The notes under the pieces are model-generated. The model did no database searches, had not been told where the DNA came from, and was given only the letters and a program-made list of their open reading frames with translations. DNA of 64,000 nt from Haliotis cracherodii (Eukaryota): the NCBI RefSeq assembly GCF_022045235.1, contig NW_027266275.1, positions 71,920,001 to 71,984,000 on the forward strand. The letters are read 5' to 3'. Shown here in pieces: positions 36,944 to 51,500 of this stretch (positions are counted from its first letter, which is position 1; each line of letters opens with the position of its first letter). The position numbers and the translations under genes are program-made.

Positions 36944-39900
36944 ATGGCTGCGATGACAACTGAAGTCACGGCGGTGGAGGGAACGACAAGTTTCCATGAC
37001 AACGTAACCCACCTGTACGATTCGTGGGAGGATTTATTCATCCACCCTCACTGGAAGAGCTTCCCCCCAATCCCTGATGTGTGGCACTACACCATCGGCG
37101 TCTACATCACCGCTGTCGGCATCACCGGCGTCATCGGTAACCTCATTGTCATCTACATCTTCAGCAAGTAAGTATCTTGTAATTTGTAATTTGTTTGTCA
37201 CGACTGTCCTCCAGTTAGACGATAACGTAACGAAATCGTTAGGCACAACAAATTAAAGGCGGCCTGGACTCGGGCCGATTGGCAGCCCCAGCCAGTTGGA
37301 ATCATGTCAATATGACCCACGCTGTCTGCAAACCCAAATTTCATTCAAGCCGTTGGAACCCAAATTAAACCATGCTTGTACTTGCCATTTCACCAGTTAC
37401 ATCGTCGACAGCTAGAGTAGGTATGCTCATCGAACCATTTTCTTTCTCACATGTTATCTGTCTTGTGACAGTGCAGTTAATGTTTATATTTACAAAGGTT
37501 ATGACCTCCCTTTTTCGACCTGGGTTCGAATCCTCCACCAATGACGTCTATTAACTATTTTCATGTTTAGCATTTTAGCTTGCAAGGAAATAAGCTGCAT
37601 TATGCCAGCCCTCCATAGTTGTGATCCCTAGCTGCTCTCTATCGATACTGATGTAATTATTTATCACGTCTCATTATCTCCAGGACCAAGGGCCTGAGGA
37701 CCCCGTCCAACATGTTCGTCGTCAACCTGGCGTTATCTGACCTCATCTTCTCGGCAGTCAACGGATTCCCCCTCCTCTCTATCTCCGCCTTCAACAAGAG
37801 ATGGATGTTCGGAAAGATAGGTAGGCACGTTCTCACCCTGAAGTCGACTCACACCGCCTCGCCATGGCTTCTGTTTCCGAAGTTTTCTTTCTTTCTTTGT
37901 GTTTAACGCCGCACTTATTCCAGCTATATAACGGCGGTCTGTAAATAATCGAGTCTGGACCAGACAATCCAGTCATTGACATCATGAGTATCGATCCACG
38001 CAATTAGAATACGATGACATGCATCAACCCAGTCAGCGATCCCGTTAGTCGCCTCTTACGACAAGCGTAGTCGTCTGAATCATTGACTTTGTGGTCGTAG
38101 GGTCGGACATTTCCAGGTAATGGCGTCTGTGGACCCTTTCGGGTTAATTTGACCGCAACTGAATCAGATGGATAATTTACATAATATAATAGAATCGCAC
38201 CTTATCCAGTCCTATTTTAATGAACCGTTTACTTTTGAAAGACATATTTTCAGTTTCAGTTTTAAATAAGACGACAATGTTTCTATTCCTCTAAGCCCAG
38301 TACAGTACTACCAGGGACCCGTGAAGATCCGGGGTAGAATAGGTATTCACAACCCATGCTTGCCGTAAAAGGCGACTATGCTTGTCGTAAGAGGCGACTA
38401 TCGGGATCGGGTGATCAGGCTCGCTGATTTGGTTGATACATGTCATCGTATCCCAATTGCACAGATCGATGCTCATGATGTCAATCTCTGGATTGTCTGG
38501 TCCAGACTCGATTATTTACAGACCGCCATCATATAGCTGGAATATTGCAGGGTGCGGCGTTAAACAACAAACACAAAAAATACTTACCAGGGCCAGCGTC
38601 TTTCGCGATTATCGATTTTTAGAATAAGTGAGTGAGTGAGTGAGTATGGTTAGTGAGTCGTTTTTAGCACTGTTCCAGTAATATCACGGCGGGAAGAATA
38701 AGTAATGTTACATATAAAACCTGATGCTGCACGGCCACCGTGTGCCAAAAGTGATTGTACTGTAGGGCGGCTCGTGTGGTGGGATCGCCCAGTAGGTAAA
38801 GCGTTCGAGTCAGTACGAGTCCCCAAATGTATTTAATGTGTAAATCGTATTCCTGTTGTCGCCAACCCATTTATCACCAACCGTGCTTGTACCCAGACTC
38901 ATCTTCACTCCTTCTCTCCTCAGCCTGTGAACTCTACGGTCTCACGGGTGGCATATTCGGCTTGATGTCCATCAACACGTTGGCAATGATCTCCATTGAC
39001 CGGTATTTCGTCATCACTCGTCCCTTCTCTGCCATGAAGAACATGACGCAACGTCGCGCCTTCCTCATGATCGTAGGCGTGTGGATCTGGTCGATAATCT
39101 GGGCTGTCCCACCAATCTTCGGCTGGGGCGCATACATCCCAGAGGGCTTCCAGACATCCTGCACTTTCGACTACCTCACTAGGAACGACCACTTCACCTC
39201 CTACTTCATCTGCCTCTACGTCTGCGGCTTCTGCGTGCCAGTCCTCATCATTCTTTTCTGCTACACGTTCATCATCCGGGCAGTTTCCAACCACAGCAAG
39301 GAGATGGTCAAGATGGGCAAGAACCTGGGCGCTAACGACCCCCGCAACTCACAGAGCGATAACGAGACCAGCGCCGAGATGAAGATCGCCAAGGTCAGTC
39401 TGATGATCTTCTGCATGTTCATGCTGTCTTGGATGCCATATGCAACCGTGGGCCTGATCGCACAGTTCGGCAACCCGATGCTGGTTACTCCATATGTGTC
39501 GGAGATCCCCGTCATGTTCGCCAAGGCATCTGCTATGCACAACCCAATCATCTACGCCTTGAGCCATCCCAAGTTCCGGAATGCGCTGAACAAGCTGTTC
39601 CCTTGGATGATGTGCTGTTGCCAACAGACGGAGAAGGAACTTGCCCAGAGCATGGCTAACAGGAAGCACACCGGTGCGACCGGAAGCACCAACAGCAACG
39701 CCTACGGTGGCAGCGTCAGCGACATGTCCAGCTGCGTAAGCAATATCAGCGACTCTGCGATCGAAATGAGCCAGCGTGGAAACAGCAAAAGAATCAGGGA
39801 CCGCGACATCCAGGAGACCGTCCTAGCAGGCCAGGAGGCGAATGGCGCCCTCATCCGTGACATCCTTCAAGCCTTCGTCGCAGTCAGTGGACCAGGAAGT

Positions 39901-40251
39901 CGTCCCCAGGTACCTCTCGCCTACATGGCCCCGCAGTACTATCAATACGGTGTAAACCAGGAGGGAGGGGCCCCAGCCCCAGCCCCAGCCGCAGCTCCAG
40001 CCGCTGCCCCAGTAGCAGGCGCACCTGCACCCCAGCTTCCTGACATCTACTCCATCACCCAGAGTGCCGCTCTCGGCGTCCCCGCAGCAGCAGCCCCAAG
40101 TCCCGCAGTGACTGGGGACCAGCCCGCGGCGCCAGCCAAGGTCGACGTCAGCAACGAGGCCCCTGCAGACAGCGAGAACAAAACCGCAGTAACCATTGAC
40201 ACAAAAGCTGAAGTGACGGGTCACGACAACCAAACATTCGAGAAGGAGTGA
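36944..40251 (+). CDS. Gq-coupled rhabdomeric opsin (visual rhodopsin), 3 coding exons, 562 aa
   Basis: Exons 36944-37167, 37684-37820 and 38924-40251, phase-consistent. Motifs: IHPHW, LRTPSNMFVVNLA, SIDRY, YIPEGFQTSCTFDY (E181-type counterion), FAKASAMHNPIIY (retinal-binding Lys), SHPKFR (r-opsin signature) and a CCC palmitoylation cluster. Confidence 0.96.
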
Positions 40252-42512
40252 ACGGATAGAGGTATCTAGACACTGGCTTCCGAGGGTAGAGATAAGCTAT
40301 CATGTACCACGAACAGCAAGAGTCTGATTGGTCCTTCAAATTTACCCCATGGCCTTGCAAGACGCGCGAATAAAGTGCGCATGGGACTCTGAAAGCAAAT
40401 GCCTTCCAACTGATTGGTTACTTTGTCTCCGCCCGAAATTACAGCTACGATTTTGACATGCAACGTTACAAACAGGAAGTGAAAAGCAAGAGGTTGAGAC
40501 AGAGTAAGCAATCCTTACAACGTGTCGTAAATGATTCCATATTGTCGTAGCACCCTTGTTGTAGGTCTAACCCATGATACACCGTATAACGTAGTCGGCT
40601 CATCCACGGTCAAGGTCACCAAAGCATGTGCGTGGCCTCGCAGCAACACCGTCATCTTGAAACAATGACACAATGGTGCCATGTGCCAGTACAAGCAGTT
40701 GTAGCCTTTTCAAAATTATGTTTAGAAATGTTTATTAAATTAAATTTCCCTCTTAAACTACAATGTACCTGATTGTGGATAAGCCGAATTTGTCAACCAG
40801 ACATGGCCTTTTATAATTTACACTAAACATGTGCAATCGTTTTCGTTTAATTTTCGCCAACGAGATGGATCTGTGACTGACGCAGATAAGGAGGACATGC
40901 CTGCAGGAAGCGACCGGAGTAAGCGCATTAACTGCCGGACTGAGGCATGATAACCTCCACAGACGCAAACAACATCGTCTGACAAACCTCGCCAGCACAG
41001 GCGGCGCTCGTTAAATACAATTTCCGCTTTTGTTACATTTCCTTATTTTTTTTATTGTTTTCAATTTACTTATTTGTTTGTTTTTATTTTGTAACAATGT
41101 CACTTTGTATGTTTTTTACAGAAAGAAAGGATATTATCAAAGAGAATGTGTTCATGAAAGGTTGTGTGAAACAACGGGTCGTTGAGAATTGTGTAATAAA
41201 CCCTTTCACAAATCTGCTGCGTGTGTTTGTCCTGTCTGTTGTTGGCGTCCACCCTGTCGCTGTGGATGTCGACACGGAGTAGTCAGTGGTCAGTTAGGGT
41301 TTTTTTCTGGAACAGGAATGTTTTTGGTCTTGACTAAAAGCTGTTTAATGTTGAAAGTTGATGTGAAGGAAAAACGTCTGTGGCCTAATAGTTCTAGTCT
41401 AGTTGGAATGATGATCTTTGAGCTGCCGACTGATCTGAGACATCTTGATGGTGCATATTCTCACACCAAGCGTGATAGGTATGACGGAGATGACCCGTTA
41501 AAACATCAGTATATGATACTTGGAATCATATTCGATGCTTGCTGATACTGGAAACCAGTCGGGGCGAATGAACGCTTTGCACTCAGCAATATTACAAATA
41601 CATGACGACTTTGTAAATAGTCGAGTATGACATCATGATTATCCATCAACGCAATTGGGATACGATGACATGAATCAGCCAAGTCAGCGAGCCTGACCTC
41701 CAAACCCAGTTAGTGGCCTCTTTACAAGCATGGGTCGCTGAAGACCATTTCCACACATTTCCGCACATTTCCGCATATCACAGAAGTCATTTCAGGAAAG
41801 CATCATTAACCTCTCTTAGTGATCTGTTGCCTCAGATGTCAAGAGATGACACACATTTGAGATGTTCCTCGCATTGTAGTAGCATGTTCTACATATATAC
41901 TGACTAAAGTAGTTAGGGATCTTGAATATTTTTTTTGATATTTCTATGAAATTTTGTGAATCCATGATCACAAAATATACTTGTTGGGTGTGCATTGTTT
42001 ACATTGGTTTCAAATGAAAGCCTTGAACCCATACACACTCCCAGATGTTGCAGACAGCACTGACAAGCTGAGGATGTCTTGAGGATGAGGATAGTCTTCT
42101 GTTTGTGACAGGTGCCACCAGTGGGGCAGGATACACTCACCTTTTGTGAACACCTGGTGTCATTTGATAGTGATTCATAAACACATGAACATGCTATAGT
42201 CGGTAACGTACCAGTGATTCTGCTTTCTGCAGAGATTTCTATTGGATGTGGAAAGGGTTTAGTCGCTTTGTTTGCCAAGGAGACAACTGTGTACAAGAGA
42301 ATTGGTAATGTCTCCCTCAACATATATTTGGCAAATCTCACATGAACATTTGTAGTAGAAAGTACTTGGATCCACAGATGAACACTGGGACACTTCCATG
42401 CCATATGAACATTGGCTATGAGTAGGTGAGCTTACACTGCAACACCCATCCCACCCCACCCTTCCCTAAAAACAGCGCGACGAGGACCACGGGCAGGTAA
42501 ACCAGCTTTATT

Positions 42513-45500
42513 TCATCCCATCATTACATCGACAGGGAGTGACAAACTGGACATGTTGTAGAAGGCAATATCACCACTGTCAACCACTGCCCAGTTGACC
42601 GGCACGTTGTCATAGTAACAGTTCACTGCCTCTGATATATCAGCCATTGTAGGATAGGGGTCACAGCTTCTGGAAAACAGACAGATATATTTATGTAAGA
42701 CTACGCATGCTTGGACTTTCTTGCAGGACACAGGTACATGGTAAACTCTGAGGGGCGGTGGATATGAGTGAGTGAGTGAGTGAGTCACTGACCGAGTGAG
42801 TCACTGAGTGAGTTGGGTTTAACACTGACCAGTGTTTCAGTGATATCATTCCATGTCATCTTAATGTGTTGAGCTCAAAACGAAACCCATAACATGGACA
42901 TGATACAAGACATATCATTGGTACTCAGAAAGAAGAGGCCAACATATTTTGGTGAACCAACATTATCTTTTATAACATCCAGCATGTCCAGTGAAATGTT
43001 GTAGTTCTAAAGTAGTAGTTCCAGAAGTAGATGGAGTATTAATAAACTAACGATAAGATGGACAATCCACTTCTTTATCAGAGTTGTAGCAACATTTGGT
43101 GGAGACTGTCATTATGAGGGCAAGTTTGTGAGTGAGTGGGTGAGTGAACGAGTGAGTGAGTGAGGGAGGGAGGGAGGGAAGAGGTGACTGAGGGAGGGAG
43201 GGAGGTTTATATCAATATCATGGAAGGGCCACCAGAAATGAACCCAGGCATTTGGCAGGACAGCGAACAGCGAACACCACTAGGCTACCCCATCACACAG
43301 ACTGAGAGGCCGAGAACAGCTGGCTAACAGATATTTCTACACAGACTCACAAACTGGGGAGTCTGTGGCAGGAATAGTAACCATGGAGACGAAGGTGACC
43401 TACCTGACAACACAGACTCTGTGATTGGGGAGTCCAGGGCGAGTTTTCTTGAACTTGGCATTAGGAAGGTGGACATCAAAGGATATTTTCATAGAATGTC
43501 TGTCAGTTTTGCTGGAACAGATCAGATAGGGCATTTTTATACATTTTAATACAAATTAAATGAAGGTACAAATGAAAACATGGCAGCCTCTTACTGTGTG
43601 GTGTTTCAAGCACTGTTTATTAAAAATAAATTATGTGTCAGTACCTGAGCTCCGAGGCTATTTACTATGGACAGTATGCATTCCTGAGCTCTGTGGGAAC
43701 CACCATCATATCCCCAGGCATGCAAAACCCATTCTGCGTCATCCTTCCTTCCCAGTTAAGTAATCTGTTGCCATGGTTACCTGACTGGTTTGGGCAGGTC
43801 CACACTCTGTATCACTTGTAGCCGACTCAGCAGATCTCCTGCAGGAACAACAGCAAACTGTCACACACTGACAGGGTAACGCTGATGGGGTAACACTGAC
43901 AGGGTAACGCTGATGGGGTAACGCTGATGGGGTAACACTGACAGGGTAACGCTGATGGGGTAACACTGACAGGGTAACGCTGATGGGGTAACACTGACAG
44001 GGTAACGTTCATGGGGTAACGCTGATGGGGTAACACTGACAGGGTAACGCTGATGGGGTAACACTGACAGGGTAACGCTGATGGGGTAACACTGACAGGG
44101 TAACGTTCATGGGGTAACGCTGATGGGGTAACACTGACAGGGTAACGCTGATGGGGTAACACTGACAGGGTAACGCTGATGGGGTAACACTGACAGGGTA
44201 ACGCTGATGGGGTAACACTGACAGGGTAACACTGATGGGGTAACGCTGATGGGGTAACGCTGATGGGGTAACACTGACAGGGTAACTCTGTTTGGGTAAC
44301 AATGATGGGGTAACTGATGGGGTAACACTGTTTGGGTAACTGATGGGGTAATGCTAATTGGGTAACACTGACAGGGTAATGATGGGGTAACTGATTGGGT
44401 AACACCAATGGGGTAACTGGCGGGGTTACACTGATGGGGTAACTCTGACAGGTTAATGCTGACAGGGTAATGCTGATGGGGTAACGCTGAGTTGGTAACA
44501 CTGACAGGGTAACACTCATGGGGTAACACGCATAGGGTAACACTCATGGGGTAACACGCATGGGCTAACACTGACAGGGTAAAACTGATTGGGTAACACG
44601 CATGGGGTAACACTGACAGGGTAAAACTGACAGGGTAACACGCATGGGGTAACGCTGACAGGGTAACACGCATGGGGTAACGCTGATGGGGTAACACTGA
44701 CAGGGTAACACTCATGGGGTAACCAATAGGGTAACACTGACAGGGTAACACTCATGGGGTAACACGCATAGGGTTACACTGACAGGGTAACACTGACAGG
44801 CTAACACTCATGGGGTAACACGCATAGGGTAACACTCATAGGGTAACACTAACAGGGTAACACTCATGGGGTAATACTCATAGGGTACCACTGACAGGGT
44901 AACACTCATGGGGGAACACTGGCAGGGTAACACTCATGGGGTAACACTGATGGGGTAACACGTATGGGGTAATGCTGATGGGGTAACACTGACAGGGTAA
45001 CACTGACAGGTTAACACTCATGGGGTAACACGCATAGGGTAACACTGACAGGGTAACACTCATGGGGTAACACTCATAGGGTAACACTGACAGGGTAACA
45101 CTCATGGGGTAACACTGACAGGGGAACACTCATGGGGTAACACTCATAGGGTAACACTGACAGGGTAACACTCATGGGGGAACACTGGCAGGGTAACACT
45201 CATGGGGTAACACTGACAGGGTAACACTCATGGGGGAACACTGACAGGGTAACACTCATGGGGGAAAACTGGCAGGGTAACACTCATGGGGTAACACTCA
45301 TGGGGTAACACTCATGGGGTAACACTCATGGGGTAACACTGACAGGGTAACACTCATAGGGTAACACTGACAGGGTAACACTCATGGGGTAACACTGACA
45401 GGGTAACACTCACGGGGTAACACTGACAGGGTAACACTCATGGGGTAACACTGGCAGGGTAACACTCATGGGGTAACACTGACAGGGTAACACTCATAGA

Positions 45501-48500
45501 GTAACACTGACAGGGTAACACTCATGGGGGAACACTGACAGGGCAACACTCATGGGATAACACTGACAGGGTAACACTCATAGGGTAACACTGACAGGGT
45601 AACACTCATAGGGGAACACTGACAGGGTAACACTCATGGGGGAACACTGACAGGGTAACACTCATAGGGTAACACTGACAGGGTAACACTGACAGGGTAA
45701 CACTCATGGGGGAACACTGGCAGGGTAACACTCATGGGGTAACACTGACAGGGTAACACTGACAGGGTAACACTGACAGGGTAACACTCATGGGGGAACA
45801 CTGGCAGGGTAACACTCATGGGGGAACACTGACAGGGTAACACTCATGGGGGAACACTGACAGGGTAACACTCATGGGGGAACACTGGCAGGGTAACACT
45901 CATGGGGTAACACTCATGGGGTAACACTGACAGGGTAACACTCATAGGGTAACACTGACAGGGTAACACTCATTGGGTAACACTGACAGGGTAACACTCA
46001 CGGGGTAACACTGACAGGGTAACACTCATGGGGTAACACTGGCAGGGTAACACTCATGGGGTAACACTGACAGGGTAACACTCATAGGGTAACACTGACA
46101 GGGTAACACTCATGGGGGAACACTGACAGGGTAACACTCATGGGATAACACTGACAGGGTAACACTCATAGGGTAACACTGACAGGGTAACACTCATAGG
46201 GGAACACTGACAGGGTAACACTCATGGGGGAACACTGACAGGGTAACACTCATAGGGTAACACTGACAGGGTAACACTCATAGGGTAACACTCATGGGGT
46301 AACACTGACAGAGTAACACTCATGGGGGAACACTGACAGGGTAACACTCATGGGGGAACACTGGCAGGGTAACACTCATGGGGTAACACTCATAGGGTAA
46401 CACTCATGGGGGAACACTGACAGAGTAACACTCATGGGGTAACACTGACAGGGTAACACTCATAGGGGAACACTGACAGGGTAACACTCATGGGGGAACA
46501 CTGACAGAGTAACACTCATGGGGTAACACTGACAGAGTAACACTCATGGGGTAACACTGGCAGGGTAACACTCATGGGGTAACACTGACAGGGTAACACT
46601 CATAGGGTAACACTGACAGGGTAACACTCATAGGGGAACACTGACAGGGTAACACTCATGGGGGAACACTGACAGGGTAACACTCATAGGGTAACACTGA
46701 CAGGGTAACACTCATAGGGTAACACTCATGGGGTAACACTGACAGAGTAACACTCATGGGGGAACACTGACAGGGTAACACTCATGGGGGAACACTGACA
46801 GGGTAACACTCATGGGGTAACACTGGCAGGGTAACACTCATGGGGGAACACTGACAGGGGAACACTGGCAGGGTAACACTCATGGGGGAACACTGGCAGG
46901 GTAACACTCATGGGGGAACACTGGCAGGGTAACACTCATGGGGTAACACGCATAGGGTTACACTGACAGGGTAACACTCATGGGGTAACACGCATAGGGT
47001 TACACTGACAGGGTAACACTGACAGGGTAACACTCATGGGGTAACACGCATAGGGAAACTTGCATAGGGTAACACTCATGGGGTAACACTGGCAGGGTAA
47101 CACTCATAGGGTAACACTGACAGGGTAACACTCATGGGGTAACACTGGCAGGGTAGCACTCATGGGGTAACACTGACAGGGTAACACTGGCAGGGTAACA
47201 CTCATTGGGTAACACGCATAGGGTAACACTGGCAGGGTAACACTGACAGGGTAACACTCATACGGTAACACTGACAGGGTAACACTCACAGGGTAACACT
47301 GGCAGGGTAACACTGACAGGGTAAAACTCATGGGGGAACACTCACAGGGTAACACTCATGGGGGAACACTGGCAGGGTAACACTCATGGGGTAACACTGG
47401 CAGGGTAACACTAACAGGGTAACACTCATGGGGTAACGCTGGCAGGGTAACACTCATGGGGGAACACAGGCAGGGTAACACTCATGGGGTAACACTGGCA
47501 GGGTAACACTCATGGGGGAACACTCATGGGGTAACATTGGCAGGGTAACACTCATGGGGTAACATTGGCAGGGTAACACTCATGGGGTAACACTGGCAGA
47601 GTAACACTCATGGGGGAACACTGGCAGGGTAACACTCATGGGGGAACACTGACAGGGTAACACTCATGGGGGAACACTGACAGGGTAACACTCATGGGGG
47701 AACACTGACAGGGTAACACTCATGGGGTAACACTGACAGGGTAACACTCATGGGGGAACACTGGCAGGGTAACACTCATGGGGTAACACTGACAGGGTAA
47801 CACTCATGGGGGAACACTGGCAGGGTAACACTCATGGGGTAACACTCATGGGGTAACACTCATGGGGTAACACTCATGGGGTAACACTCATGGGGTAACA
47901 CTGATGGGGTAACACGCATGGGGTAACACTGGCAGGGTAACACTCATAGGGTAACACTGATGGGGTAACACTCATGGAGGAAAACTGGCAGGGTAACACT
48001 CATGGGGTAACACTGGCAGGGTAACACTCATGGGGTAACACTGGCAGGGTAACACTCATGGAGGAACACTGGCAGGGTAACACTCATAGGGTAACACTCA
48101 CAGGGTAACACTGGCAGGGTAACACTCATGGGGTAACACTGGCAGGGTAACACTCATGGAGGAACACTGGCAGGGTAACACTCATGGGGGAACACTGGCA
48201 GGGTAACACTCATGGGGTAACACTGGCAGGTTAACACTCAGGGTAACACTCATGGGGTAACACTGACAGGGTAACACTCATGGGGTAACACTCATGGGGT
48301 AACACTGGCAGGGTAACACTCATGGGGGAACACTGGCAGGGTAACACTCACAGGGTAACACTGGCAGGGTAACACTCATGGGATAACACTGGCAGGGTAA
48401 CACTCATGGGGTAACACTGGCAGGGTAACACTCACGGGGTAACACTGGCAGGGTAACACTCATGGGGGAACACTGGCAGGGTAACACTCATGGGGTAACA

Positions 48501-51500
48501 CTGGCAGGGTAACACTCATGGGGTAACGCTCACAGGGTAACACTGATGGAGTAACACTCACAGGGTAACACTGATGGAGTAACACTCACAGGGTAACACT
48601 GATGGAGTAACACTGACAGGGTAACACTCATGGGGTAACACTGGAGGTCTACCACTCAACGGGTAACACTGAGGAGGCAAGATAAAAAATTCCACATATT
48701 AGACCCACGATCTTCTATATAATAATCATACATTCATAGGAACTTGCACAAATTAAAGCTTTTCAAAGTTTGCCTTTGTATGTCAAGAATAATGACAGTA
48801 ACAATTTCTTAAGTATCTTACTGGTTGATGTGGCGTCTTGTGGTTTCACTAGTGGAGTTACCTCCCCCTGCCAGAGATGATCAACTGGAGAGGGCGCTGC
48901 CCCATCATGCTGAGATTCCCTCAGTTTTAGTTTGTATTCTGTCCAGTTAGCTGCCACGATGTTCTTCCGACTTCGAGCCCAGGCGGAGTAGGAAAAGTTC
49001 AGGTCGAACACGTAATTGTCAGCCTCCCGTCTCCGCTGGGGGCGCTGAGACGCCTGTTGTTGTCGATACTCAGTCACATCAAACAAACACAGGTCCTCAT
49101 ATTCCTCATCCAGAGTTACATTCGGAGGCAGATGTTTAGTCTGAGGAATATTCAACACCACTGTCTCCTTGTCCCCTATATCTGGGAAGCCAAGTTTCTC
49201 AAAGTCCCACTCAGTGTGTCGAACCGATAACTTCCCTTCACTCTCCGTGGGTAGATTCCATGGATTTGCTAATTTCGCAAATGATGGTTGATTATTTTGT
49301 AGCCTATCAACATCCCTGCCATCCATCTGTTCCCTGTCCATCTCCATCTTCACATCGTCTTCTGGTTCTTTAAACTCGGAGTCTTTTCCGGACCCTGTAT
49401 CCATCTCATCCTCCCGATCTCCTGACGTCTCATCCGTTTCATCTTCCGCTGGGTCAAGTCTCGGTTTCTTAACCTCCATGTCATCTGCAGACACCCCCTG
49501 CGCCTGTCTGCTTCTGTCTCGGTGCCGCCTCCTCGACTCCTTCACATGTTGGTCCAACTTAATCTGACGCTCGTACTTCGTGATTTGGGAACTAAAGAAG
49601 AACATTGTAGCCAGTGTTATTTCATGCCTCAATACAATCTTTCTTAAATATTTTTTCCAACGTAGAATTAGGCAACATAAAATACATCAAATGCCTGTCA
49701 TGTGTTGCAGCTTACATAAGGTTTACATGTGGCCTACCCTCCAACGTGTCGCAGCACGACGTATCCAAGTCGGCGCAGGTGGGCGTATGTCTGATACTCC
49801 TCCACAGAAATATCCACTCCCAGGAGTCGAACGTACGCCTCTTGGATGCTGAGAGGAACGCCACCATAGTACACCTCCAGGACAGTCTGCAACCAATATC
49901 AATACCATCATGTGTCCCGTCCATACCATCCTGTGCCCCATCAATACTATAATATGCCCCATCAATGCCACCATGTGCCCCATCAATGCTACCATGTGCC
50001 CCATCAATGCTACCATGTGCCCCATCAATACCACCATGTGCCCGATCAATGCTATCATGTGCCCCTTCAATGCCACCATGTGCCCAATCAATGCCATAAT
50101 GTGCCCTTTCAATACCATCATGTGCCCCATCAATACCAGCATGTATCCCATCAATACCACCATGTGCCTCATCAATACCACCATGAGCCCTCTCACTACC
50201 ACCATGTGCCCCATCAATACCACCATGTACCCCATCAATGCCACCATGTGCCCAATCAATGCCATAATGTGCCCTTTCAATACCATCATGTGCCCCATCA
50301 ATACCAGCATGTGCCCCATCAATACCACCATGTACCCCATCAATACCACCATGTACCCCTTCAATACCACCATGTACCCCATCAATACCACCCTGTGCCC
50401 AATCAATACCACCATGTGCCCCATCAATACCACCATGTATCCCATCAATACCACCATGTGCCTCATCAATACCACCATGAGCCCTCTCACTACCACCATG
50501 TGCCCCATCAATACCACCATGTACCCCATCAATGCCACCATGTGCCCCATCAATACCACCATGTACCCCATCAATACCACCATGTACCCCATCAATACCA
50601 CCATGTACCCCATCAATACCACCATGTACCCCATCAATGCCATCATGTGCCCCATCAATACCACCATGTACCCCATCAATACCACCATGTACCCCATCAA
50701 TACCACCATGTACCCCATCAATACCACCATGTGCCCCATCAATACCAACATGTGCCCCATCAATACCACCATGTACCCCTTCAATACCACCATGTACCCC
50801 ATCAATACCACCATCAATACCACCATGTACCCCATCAATGCCATCATGTTCCCCATCAATACCACCATGTACCCCATCAATACCACCATGTACCCCTTCA
50901 ATGTGTTCATGTGCACTTACAGTTTCCGTGAGGAATAGTGCTTCTTCAGGGAACAACCATTTTCTACTCTCATCCACAAAGCCCATGTGACTCCAGAACT
51001 TGCCCTGCAAAAACATGTCTTCATGTAAAAACTATTTCAAACCATCATGTGAACACCTTCAAAGGTTATGACTAAGTATTTTCATCTTTAACCGCAACAC
51101 ATAAGTGAGTAATCTTCTTTGAACAGCCGTGACTGCACAGAACCCAAATCAGGTGAAGTTGAGCACCATAAAGCCAATGGCTGGTAACAGAGCTCAAAAA
51201 GCTTGACTCCCGGCAATTGCTAAGATTTCAGTCTCCAAGACACACAATCTTTGAGTTTCACCACTGCAGTGGAATCCACCAGTGTGGTGCTGACAAACCA
51301 CAAAACATACAAAATGTAACTATCTTAAAGACAGAAGCCACCCATTGTATCCTGGGTTTGGGGAAGAGATTTGCTTACATAATGACTTTGATATTGCCTC
51401 GATAGGTTCAAATCAATGTTCTCAGTAAATTCCTCCACCTTTCTTCAACATACCATTTCCTTCTTGAACTCAACCAGTTTCTTGCTAGGGTTCCATGTCC

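Noticed and set aside
38827-38923. N-terminal extension of the 474-aa opsin ORF
   Set aside because: Intronic; the true exon begins after the polypyrimidine tract and cag at 38924
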